From IMG/VR virus record IMGVR_UViG_3300032373_000846, positions 1-38,135 of that record: a stretch of 38,135 bases of DNA. The stretch is one strand, 5' to 3'. Under the pieces are notes generated by a model. The model was not told where the DNA came from and did no database searches. It saw only the letters and a list, made by a program, of their open reading frames with translations. Shown here in pieces: positions 25,134 to 32,666 of the stretch (position 1 is its first letter; every line of letters begins with the position of its first letter). A program made the position numbers and the translations under genes. The stretch is from a virus. Lineage: Duplodnaviria > Caudoviricetes.

Positions 25134-25385
25134 ATGGAATGGCATCGACTGATAGCGGATCGACTTGAAGCCCTTGAGATGAGCCAAGACGACCTCGCGG
25201 GGGCCGTGGGCGTCTCGCAGTCGATGATCTCGCTCTACATCAGAGGCAAGCGGGTCCCCCCAGAGCACCGCTGGCCGAGCCTGATCGCTGCACTGGAGAT
25301 CGGGGAGGAAACGCTGCGGCAGCTGCCCGCCATCGCCGAGGCCATGAAGGCCGCTCGAGCGGTAGACCAGCAGGCGGCGGTGTAG
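25134..25385 (+). CDS. Cro-like XRE HTH regulator
   Basis: GGAG RBS, ATG 25134; 'MSQDDLAGAVGVSQSMISLYIRGKRVP'. Confidence 0.85.
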   Translation: MEWHRLIADRLEALEMSQDDLAGAVGVSQSMISLYIRGKRVPPEHRWPSLIAALEIGEETLRQLPAIAEAMKAARAVDQQAAV

Positions 25386-25388
25386 CTC

Positions 25389-25850
25389 ATGGGCCGTGTC
25401 AGCACCAAGGCGCCGGGCGCCTGCGTCTACTTCGTCCGCGCCCGCAATGCCTGCGGTGTCTTCGTGGGCCCCATCAAGATCGGCACGTCGATCAACCCCC
25501 ACGCTCGCCTCGCCCAGCTCCAAGAACGGCAGAACCTCAGCGACCCCGGCCTGCGACTGGAGGTGCTCGCGGTGGTGGACGGCTCGTACTTCCGCGAGCG
25601 GAGCTACCACCAACGCTACGCCGCCCACCGCCTGCCGCTCCGCCAGCCTCCGCACGGCCGGGAGTGGTTCACGCCAGCGCCTGAGCTGCTGAAGGAGATC
25701 GCCCGACTGCGGCGGCTGCATGGCAGCGAGGCCCAGCAGCGCCAGCGCCTCCACCTGCTGGTTGACCAGATCGGCGGCGCACGTCTGGAGAAGCTGCTGG
25801 AGGTCGCCGAGCTGCTCGCCAGCCAGCCGACCTCGAAGGCGGCGAGCTGA
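25389..25850 (+). CDS. GIY-YIG-like (T5orf172/MUG113-type) domain protein with C-terminal helical module
   Basis: 'VYFVRA...IKIGTS.NP.ARLAQLQ...E...H..Y..HR...GREWF'. Confidence 0.8.
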   Translation: MGRVSTKAPGACVYFVRARNACGVFVGPIKIGTSINPHARLAQLQERQNLSDPGLRLEVLAVVDGSYFRERSYHQRYAAHRLPLRQPPHGREWFTPAPELLKEIARLRRLHGSEAQQRQRLHLLVDQIGGARLEKLLEVAELLASQPTSKAAS

Positions 25851-25852
25851 TG
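25829..25852 (+). repeat. 24-bp direct repeat, copy 1 (GACCTCGAAGGCGGCGAGCTGATG)
   Basis: Exact copy at 26513-26536. Confidence 0.95.
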
Positions 25853-26116
25853 CTACTCCTCGCTCTTGAAGCTGACCACCAGTTTCCCACCTCTGATCTG
25901 CACGGTGGTTGGCTGGCTGCCAGGGCTGTGAACCCACAGCCCCCCGCTTCGCAACCCAAGCGCCAAGTCGAGAACTTCCGCAACGACCCTGCGGAACACT
26001 TCGGCCGCCTCCATCTCGGGGGCGGCCTGCGCACGGGCAGGCATCAGGGCGCAGATCAGCGCCGTCTCCGTGTCGGTCAGCTCCCACTCGTCTTGCGATT
26101 CCATCAGCCACCTCAT
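25853..26116 (-). CDS. Hypothetical protein (counter-oriented within the repeat-bounded cassette)
   Basis: 87-aa ORF filling the gap; more protein-like than the overlapping + strand ORF. Confidence 0.45.
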   Translation of the reverse strand: MRWLMESQDEWELTDTETALICALMPARAQAAPEMEAAEVFRRVVAEVLDLALGLRSGGLWVHSPGSQPTTVQIRGGKLVVSFKSEE

Positions 26117-26150
26117 TGGCTGTCGAGCCTACCTCACCCTGAGAGATCTC

Positions 26151-26534
26151 ATGATTCAGCGTAACGCCCACGACATCCACAACCTTCTGAAGGCCGCCGA
26201 GATCTACGGGTTGATCCCATCTGCCCTGCGCGTCTTTGAAGTAGATCGGGGAGGGGAATATCACGATTCCGCCGCCACCAGCGTCACTGCCAAGGCATGG
26301 GCGCGAGTACTCGCGCCCTACACCGATACTGAGCTGCGCGACGGGCTGGAGCGTCTGGCCCGCAGCGGCGTGGAGTACCTGGACCTGCCCAGGCTCGCCG
26401 CCGCCTGCGCGCGGGCCACACCCACCGCAAACGCGCGCCGCCGCCTCCAGCAGTTCGCCGCATCGGTGCCCGACTGCGAGATCGACAAGGCGATCGCCCT
26501 GTTGGAGGAGTTGACCTCGAAGGCGGCGAGCTGA
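26151..26534 (+). CDS. Paralog of the N-terminal domain of the 30348 replication protein, with C-terminal helical module
   Basis: Aligns by eye with 30348..31253 (KAWARVLAPYTD vs KAWARLLAHYTD; GVEYLD in both). Confidence 0.75.
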   Translation: MIQRNAHDIHNLLKAAEIYGLIPSALRVFEVDRGGEYHDSAATSVTAKAWARVLAPYTDTELRDGLERLARSGVEYLDLPRLAAACARATPTANARRRLQQFAASVPDCEIDKAIALLEELTSKAAS

Positions 26535-26536
26535 TG
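26513..26536 (+). repeat. 24-bp direct repeat, copy 2
   Basis: Exact copy of 25829-25852. Confidence 0.95.
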
Positions 26537-26561
26537 ACCCCCCCCACCCCTGGAGCCTCCC

Positions 26562-26777
26562 GTGATCTACCTCCTGCTCGACATCGCCGAGGAGCGCGGC
26601 TGTACACTCCTCGAACTGCTGGACCAGCACCCCGCCGACCTGCGCCGCCTGCTCCAGGCCAAGCACGCGGCGCACACCATCAACGTCCGCGCCGACCTCG
26701 GCGCGATGGTGAAGCTGAGCGACGAGGCCCTGCAAGAGGGCGTCCTGCCCTCGGATGTGCTCTCGCGCGATCGGTAA
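26562..26777 (+). CDS. Hypothetical protein
   Basis: GGAG RBS, GTG start, good codon bias; 71 aa. Confidence 0.55.
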   Translation: MIYLLLDIAEERGCTLLELLDQHPADLRRLLQAKHAAHTINVRADLGAMVKLSDEALQEGVLPSDVLSRDR

Positions 26778-26951
26778 GCCCTGGGGTAGCACAGTCTCTC
26801 CATCGTGACTGTGCTGGGTACGCACTACCCATTCGATCCATTGCATCGCCGCTCACAATAAATCGGGAGCGCGCATGATCGCCGTCCCTCCGCCCTGGGC
26901 GCAGCGCTTCCTGCGCCCGCTGACGCTGCCCGCTGACCTGCCCCCGGCGGT

Positions 26952-27206
26952 GTGGTCCGCGCTCCTCCTGGAGGTCCCCGTCTTCTGGCTGTTCTGGCTG
27001 CCGACCTGGGGGCAGGCGTGACCCTGCTCGTCACCGTCTGGGCCCGTCGCCCCACCTCGCCGATCTGGAGCGTCGCCGGCTGCCGGGCCGGACCGATCCA
27101 CCTGCCCCCGGACGAAGCGGCGACCCTTGCCGCTCGACTCCGCACCCTGGGCCTGATCACCACCCTCCGGGCCGCTGGTGCCCCTGCCCCGCTGGTGCTG
27201 CTGTGA
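26952..27206 (+). CDS. Hypothetical protein
   Basis: Stop overlaps the rusA start (GTGA); start uncertain. Confidence 0.4.
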   Translation: MVRAPPGGPRLLAVLAADLGAGVTLLVTVWARRPTSPIWSVAGCRAGPIHLPPDEAATLAARLRTLGLITTLRAAGAPAPLVLL

Positions 27207-27940
27207 TCCTCCGCTGCGTCATCGACGGCGCCCCGGTGGGCAAGGGCCGAGGCCGCGCTGTCCGTCAAGGGCCCGGCGTCCGCATCGTCACCCCGAAGAC
27301 GACACGCGACTGGGAGGCCCGCGCCGCCGGCGAGCTCGCGGACGCCTACGACGGCGAGACGATCACCGACCCCGTCCGCGTCGAAGTCCTCGCCGTCAAG
27401 GCCCGGCCCCAGCGCCTGCGCCGACGGAAGGACCCCGAGGGTCTCATCTGGAGGCCGCACAAGCCCGACGCGGACAACGTCGCGAAGGCAGTGTGCGACG
27501 CCCTGGAGAAGTCCGGGGTCATCGCCAACGACATTCAGGTGGTCGAGCTGGTCGCGCGCAGCGTCTTCGCCGAGCGCGACGGCGAGCCCCGAGTGGTGGT
27601 CACCGTCGACCTGGTGCCCGAGCTGCCCGTGCTCGAGGAGACACCCGCCGACGCCGAAGACGAGGCCGGCTTCCACGACGACGCCGACCTGCCCGCCGAC
27701 GCCGCGGCGCTGTACGCCGCCATGGCCGACCAGTCCACGCGCACCGCCGAGGGCAAGGCGGCCTTCCGTGCGCTGCTCGCGGAGTACCAGCGGATCACCG
27801 GGACGGGTCAGCCGTTGGTGCAGTGGTTCGATGAGACGGTCGGCACCGACGAGCGCGGGCTGATGGCTGTGCTCGAGGGCGACGATGCACCCCCGGCCGA
27901 CGCGCCCGCCCAGCTCGCGCTCCTGGGGGCTGCACGATGA
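27203..27940 (+). CDS. rusA: RusA-family Holliday junction resolvase with acidic C-terminal extension
   Basis: 'G.PVGKGRGR', 'TPKTTRDWE', 'KPDADNVAKAVCDAL', 'IANDIQVVEL'. Confidence 0.88.
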   Translation: MILRCVIDGAPVGKGRGRAVRQGPGVRIVTPKTTRDWEARAAGELADAYDGETITDPVRVEVLAVKARPQRLRRRKDPEGLIWRPHKPDADNVAKAVCDALEKSGVIANDIQVVELVARSVFAERDGEPRVVVTVDLVPELPVLEETPADAEDEAGFHDDADLPADAAALYAAMADQSTRTAEGKAAFRALLAEYQRITGTGQPLVQWFDETVGTDERGLMAVLEGDDAPPADAPAQLALLGAAR

Positions 27941-28257
27941 CCGCCCGAGATAGGATCCATGCCTCCGATCACTCGCTCGACCGATGTCTTGATCGGTTTG
28001 AGGTCGCAGGCAGGAAGCGGCAGCGGGCCTTCATCCGGCAAGCCCTGAGCGAGGGCGTCTGGCTGAACGGCGAGCAGGCGCTCGCAGCAGGGCTGACGCG
28101 CCAGCCGCCCGAGAAGGCGAACTGGTACTGCGTGTCCATGACCGCCGTGCTGGTGGTGTCCCCGGATCGCTGTGTGCTCACCTGCTGGCGGACCCCGAAG
28201 GCGTGGTCAAGGCCGCAGACCTGGAGGCGCCTGGTCGGCGTCCGGGGGTGCCCATGA
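27937..28257 (+). CDS. Hypothetical protein, possible small RNase-like fold
   Basis: 'SDHSLDRCLDRF...VLVVSPDRCVLTCW' pattern; ATGA coupling. Confidence 0.55.
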   Translation: MTARDRIHASDHSLDRCLDRFEVAGRKRQRAFIRQALSEGVWLNGEQALAAGLTRQPPEKANWYCVSMTAVLVVSPDRCVLTCWRTPKAWSRPQTWRRLVGVRGCP

Positions 28258-28547
28258 GCTGCCCCATCCTGCCCCCGACGACGGCGGCCGACGTGCCGCG
28301 CTACCTCGACGGCAACGACAACGCCTGGGCCGGGCGGATCCGCCTGCTCGCCCAGGACTTCGACGGCGCCGCCCTGGTCGCCGCGCTGCGCTGCTACGCC
28401 CGGGGCACCTACGCCCAAGAGACCGCCCCCTACGCCTGTCAGCGCCTGCTGACCCTGCTCGACCACCGCGACGCCGACGTCCGCGGCGCCGTCGCGGCGT
28501 GGGTGCAGGCGGTGGCCACCAACACGGAGATCCCATGCGTGGACTGA
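28254..28547 (+). CDS. Small helical protein with HEAT-like repeat
   Basis: 'LLTLLDHRDADVRGAVAAW'; ATG 28254 overlaps the upstream stop. Confidence 0.55.
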   Translation: MSCPILPPTTAADVPRYLDGNDNAWAGRIRLLAQDFDGAALVAALRCYARGTYAQETAPYACQRLLTLLDHRDADVRGAVAAWVQAVATNTEIPCVD

Positions 28548-29500
28548 CCGAAGACCAGCGCGAACAGCTGGAAGACCTGCTCTACCAGGGCGTACGCCTC
28601 CGCACCGAGGCCGACCTGGGGGCGCCGCCGCCGGTGGAGACCGCCGCAGCATGGAAGCGGCTGAGCAAGTACAAGACGCTCCCGGAGTGGCTGAACCCCG
28701 ACCTGCTGATCGACGTCGAGGGGTTCGTGCATCCCCGGTACCAGCTGGAGATGCTGGTGGAGGCCAGCACCGCGCTGTCCTACCTCGCCGACTACGTGCC
28801 CCGGATCCGCCTGAGCTTCTACCGGAAGCCCAAGACGAAGCAGGGCATGAACGTCTGGGGGCAGGCGAAGAAGCTGAACGCCAAGGAGCGCATGCTCACC
28901 GGGGACGCGTTCTGGTGGGACATCGACCTGTCGTTGGTGGCCTGGGCGCTCCTCGACCCCATGGGCCGGATCCGGCTGCTACACCACGAGGCCAGCCACC
29001 TGGCGGTCGAGCTGGACGACGGGGCCCACCCCACCCCCGGCCTGCGGGGACACACCGCCGAGATCATGGCGGGCACGCTGGCCGAGGTCGGCCCGCTCCA
29101 TCACGGCGAGACGGTGGTGGGCGCGTTGGCAGCCCGCCGTCAAGAGGTCCGCAAGGCCGTCGGCAGCACCCGCTTCCTAGACCGGCTGGCGGGTGCGGGC
29201 CTGGACCTGCGGCCCCTGGACGTGATGGCCACCGACGGCGGCGTCGTCGCCATCCAGGGCGAGCAGCCCAGCCTCTTCGACGACGCAGCCCCCGAGCGCG
29301 GCGAGTCGATCCGCGACATCAACAACCGCCTCCACGGCAACACGCGCCTGGATCGTGTCGCCAGCGACACCGCCCGGGACTTCCACAAGTCCATGAAGGA
29401 CATGGGCGTCGAATCCATGACCGTCACCGGGCCCGACGGCCACGTCACCGACTACACCCAGGAAGGCCACCCACTGGTCAGCAAGGGCGACGAGGAATGA
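28535..29500 (+). CDS. Putative phage metallopeptidase
   Basis: GGAG RBS, ATG 28535; 'GQAKK', 'W.LLD...R..LLHHEASHL' (HExxH); 321 aa. Confidence 0.7.
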   Translation: MRGLTEDQREQLEDLLYQGVRLRTEADLGAPPPVETAAAWKRLSKYKTLPEWLNPDLLIDVEGFVHPRYQLEMLVEASTALSYLADYVPRIRLSFYRKPKTKQGMNVWGQAKKLNAKERMLTGDAFWWDIDLSLVAWALLDPMGRIRLLHHEASHLAVELDDGAHPTPGLRGHTAEIMAGTLAEVGPLHHGETVVGALAARRQEVRKAVGSTRFLDRLAGAGLDLRPLDVMATDGGVVAIQGEQPSLFDDAAPERGESIRDINNRLHGNTRLDRVASDTARDFHKSMKDMGVESMTVTGPDGHVTDYTQEGHPLVSKGDEE

Positions 29501-30351
29501 GCTTCTCCCGCCTGGAAGACGCCTGGTGGGAGGGCATGGTCGCCCGCCTGCCTCGCCCGCTCTCCGACGAGGAGGCGGCCATGGACCTGCGCTACCACGC
29601 CGGCCAGGTCCGCCGCCACGTCGCCACCCAGGGCCAGCGCGGACGCCACCGGATGCCCGGCCGCCGAACCCTCGCGACCCGGTGGGGCTGGGACGGCGAG
29701 GGCGAGAATCCGACCGATTACGACGCCCGCAAGTTGATGAAAGCTGAGCATCTTTGGGCAGATCCGCACGCTTCAGGTCAACTTCGCCCACTTGTCGCCC
29801 ACTCTTCGCCCACTCTTCGCCCACTTTCGGCACCGAAGCCCGCGAAATCACAAGAGCCGGTCGCCCACTCTTCGCCCACTCCTCGCCCACTTTTCGCCAC
29901 ACGCGCGGTTCTCACAGATACACAGGTTCACAGAGGCACACCTCAGAGAGAGAGCGAGCGAAGTGCAACCACGTCGCGCGCGACCGGCGAGCCGGAGGCG
30001 CCGCCGCCGACGCCCGCCGCCGGGCCGGGCCTGGGTTCCCTCTCTCGCGATGAAGGTCTGATTGCAGACACCGACGCGCACGTCGACGAGGACTGCGACG
30101 ACGCCCCGCTGAGCGCCCTGCCGACCCCCGAAGCCGCGCCCACGGCGTCGACAACGACGACTGCGACGACGCCCTGGTACCAGAACAGCAGCGGCGTGAC
30201 CCGCTGCCGAGGCTGCGCGGCAAAGCAGGGCACCGAGCACGGCTCCGACTGCCGCTACGCCCCAGCGCCACCGAAGCCGGAGGCCCGCGGTGATCCCGAG
30301 TGGGCGCCCCCGTTCGGCTCCCCGCTCTCTCGCCCTCCGGTGTCCAAATGA
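29497..30351 (+). CDS. Putative replication initiator (lambda O-like organisation)
   Basis: ATG 29497; 'PGRRTLATRWGW' winged-HTH-like motif; internal iteron array. Confidence 0.65.
   Translation: MSFSRLEDAWWEGMVARLPRPLSDEEAAMDLRYHAGQVRRHVATQGQRGRHRMPGRRTLATRWGWDGEGENPTDYDARKLMKAEHLWADPHASGQLRPLVAHSSPTLRPLSAPKPAKSQEPVAHSSPTPRPLFATRAVLTDTQVHRGTPQRESERSATTSRATGEPEAPPPTPAAGPGLGSLSRDEGLIADTDAHVDEDCDDAPLSALPTPEAAPTASTTTTATTPWYQNSSGVTRCRGCAAKQGTEHGSDCRYAPAPPKPEARGDPEWAPPFGSPLSRPPVSK
29784..29900 (+). repeat. Iteron array / putative replication origin
   Basis: TCGCCCACT at 29784, 29795, 29806, 29817, 29861, 29872, 29883 plus a partial copy at 29894; strict 11-bp phasing. Confidence 0.8.
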
Positions 30352-31253
30352 AGTTCCTCCGCAACCCCGACAAGATCCACCGCCTGATGACTGCCGCCCA
30401 GCGCTACGGGCTGGCGGTGTCCGCCCTGAAGGCCCTCGCCAAGAACCGCGACGGCCAGTTCTGCGACCCCGCCGCGGCCAGCGCCACCGTCAAGGCCTGG
30501 GCGCGACTGCTGGCCCACTACACCGACGAGGAAGTCTTCGCCGGCATGGAGGCCCTCGCCGGCGACGGCGTGGAGTACCTGGACCCCAACAAGCTCGCAG
30601 GCCGGTGCCGGCTGATGCGGCAGGGCGACCAGGGCGCCGCGAAGGCCGCAGACGTCCGTCGAGCCCGCGAGTGCCCCCACCAGCTGTGCAGCGGCGATGG
30701 GGCGCTCCAACTCCGACTCCCTCGCCCTCCGCCACGGCAGGGCGCGCGGTCCCCGGGGCTGCTGTGGGTCGCGGCGCTGTGCTCCTGCGACCTGGCGCCG
30801 GCGATCTGGCGCGATGGCGCGAAGCCCACCGGCGAGGGCGCGCACCTGTTCCGAGGCGAGGCGACCATCCGGGGGCTGCGCGATGCCCGGGAGACGCTGA
30901 AGGCCTGGGCGGAGGGGCCTGCGCTGCTGGATCACTTCGCCTGTGTCGAGACCCTGAGCGACGACGTCCGGCTCGGGGTGGCGGCGGCGCGGGCGATGGT
31001 CTGGGAGCTGCGCCGGGACCACCGGAAGGTCACCGAGAAGGGCGGCGACCCCGAGCGGCTGGCGGCCATCGAGGACGAGATCGCCACGCTGGAGCGGCTG
31101 GCGGAGGCGCGGATCTCCCCGCGGCTGGCGGGACTGCGGACGCTGGAGGTCCAGCTGGACCGCGCCGCGGCGCTGGGGGCGACGGTGCCCGCGTGGGTGG
31201 CCTCGGAGCTGAGGGGCATCCGGGAGCCCGCCGCGGCGCAGGTGGCGAAGTGA
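30348..31253 (+). CDS. Putative replication accessory protein (helicase-loader/loader-inhibitor-like N-terminus, Cys motif, coiled coil)
   Basis: ATGA-coupled to the initiator; 'W.RLL..YT.EEV..G' pattern; 'CPHQLCSGDG...CSC' motif. Confidence 0.55.
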   Translation: MKFLRNPDKIHRLMTAAQRYGLAVSALKALAKNRDGQFCDPAAASATVKAWARLLAHYTDEEVFAGMEALAGDGVEYLDPNKLAGRCRLMRQGDQGAAKAADVRRARECPHQLCSGDGALQLRLPRPPPRQGARSPGLLWVAALCSCDLAPAIWRDGAKPTGEGAHLFRGEATIRGLRDARETLKAWAEGPALLDHFACVETLSDDVRLGVAAARAMVWELRRDHRKVTEKGGDPERLAAIEDEIATLERLAEARISPRLAGLRTLEVQLDRAAALGATVPAWVASELRGIREPAAAQVAK

Positions 31254-31915
31254 TTGCCGCGCACCTGACCGGCGTACCTTCGGAGCGCCTCTTCGCCGAA
31301 GACGTCACCGCGACCGATCTGCTCACCGATCTGGACCTGGCTCACCTCCGAGGCGCGGAGCGGCGCCAGGCGCGCGAGGCGGTGCGCCGTGAGCGGCACA
31401 CGCTGGCGATGACCCTGGCGCTGGAAGGCGTCCGCGACGTGGCGCACTACCGCAAGCTGTGGAAGGACGAGTGCGTCCTCCGGGAGTCCGTCGAGCTCCG
31501 GGCGCTGGAGAACGCCGACAAGCTGGAGGCGGCGGTGACCAACCACATCCGGGAGGTGTCGGCGCTGGTGGAGAAGCGGCAGATCATGGTCACCGCTCAC
31601 AGCGACCTGCTGCGACGCACGGGCGACGCCGAGGCGCTGGTGGGCGGACAGGACGACGACACCCTGGAGCAGCGCCTGCAGTACGCGCTGGCGGTGGGTG
31701 GGTCGGTGTCGGGGGAGACCCTGACGAATGCCTGTAGCCGAGCGAGCGCGGAGCGGGATGACCTGGCGGTGCAGTTGGCGCACCTCGGCGACGCCTTGGA
31801 GGCAGCGGAGGCCGACGTCGACCGCCTGGAGCGTGAGTCCAGCGCTCTGGAAGCGGCGCTGCTGAGGGCGCTGCGGCCGTGGTGGCGCCGGTGGCTGGAC
31901 TGGTGGGCGCTGTGA
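31250..31915 (+). CDS. Coiled-coil hypothetical protein
   Basis: GTG 31250 overlaps the upstream stop; 221 aa ending RPWWRRWLDWWAL. Confidence 0.65.
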   Translation: MIAAHLTGVPSERLFAEDVTATDLLTDLDLAHLRGAERRQAREAVRRERHTLAMTLALEGVRDVAHYRKLWKDECVLRESVELRALENADKLEAAVTNHIREVSALVEKRQIMVTAHSDLLRRTGDAEALVGGQDDDTLEQRLQYALAVGGSVSGETLTNACSRASAERDDLAVQLAHLGDALEAAEADVDRLERESSALEAALLRALRPWWRRWLDWWAL

Positions 31916-32172
31916 GCTGGGAGAGCACATCACCGGATCGCGGGATGGCCGGGCGGCTGCGGGCGCGCATGGCGGAGCTGTGCTGGTCGACGCATCGGCT
32001 CAGTCGGGAGTCCGGCGTGGACCGGGCGGTGATCCTGCGCATCCGTGAGGGGCAGCTGAAGCGGGGGCCATACCTCGACACCATCGAGCGCCTGGCGGAG
32101 CCGCTGGGCGTCACAGCGGCGTGGTTGGGCTTCGGCGACGCCAACAAGCTCACACGGGAGCACACACGATGA
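31912..32172 (+). CDS. XRE-family HTH protein
   Basis: 'RLRARMAELCWSTHRLSRESGVDRAVILRI..G...P.LDTIERLAEPLGVTAAWL..G'. Confidence 0.8.
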   Translation: MSWESTSPDRGMAGRLRARMAELCWSTHRLSRESGVDRAVILRIREGQLKRGPYLDTIERLAEPLGVTAAWLGFGDANKLTREHTR

Positions 32173-32666
32173 GCGCCTTTGCAGACGTCGTCGACGAGCT
32201 GAACGAGCGACAACTCGAAGCCCTGGAGGAGCTGGCCAAGGGCGAGAAGGCCGCGGACATCCGCAGCGCCCTCGGGATCGGCCGCTGGGCGTGGTGGAGT
32301 TGGACCACGAAGCACCCGGTCTTCCGTGAGCAGTACCTGGAGATCCGCGCGAAGCGGCAGGCGCTGGCGCAGCTGGAAGGCCTCGACGACCTCGACGCCA
32401 TCCGGGGGCACATAGTGCACCTGGCGCTGCACGCGAAGTCCGAGATGGTGCAGCTCGGGGCCTGCAACAGCTACGCCGACCGGATGGGCTGGGTGAAGCT
32501 CAGTCTGAAGACCGACACCACCGCAACTCCAGAGATGCTGGCAATGCTGGGCATCGTGAAGAAGTCCGGCGGGCTGGACGTGGTCAACGACGCCGACCTG
32601 GACGCCGTCATCCTGGCCGCGGCCGACGAGATCCGCGGGCGTGAGCTGGAGAGCGCCGAGGAGTGA
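32169..32666 (+). CDS. Putative terminase small subunit
   Basis: N-terminal HTH followed by 'W....P.F'; directly upstream of terL; ATG 32169. Confidence 0.7.
   Translation: MSAFADVVDELNERQLEALEELAKGEKAADIRSALGIGRWAWWSWTTKHPVFREQYLEIRAKRQALAQLEGLDDLDAIRGHIVHLALHAKSEMVQLGACNSYADRMGWVKLSLKTDTTATPEMLAMLGIVKKSGGLDVVNDADLDAVILAAADEIRGRELESAEE

Noticed and set aside
25850-26164. 104-aa plus-strand ORF starting at the ATG in the 24-bp repeat
   Set aside because: Poor codon bias and unconvincing sequence; the ATG comes from the repeat itself, and the minus-strand ORF looks more protein-like. Not fully excluded.
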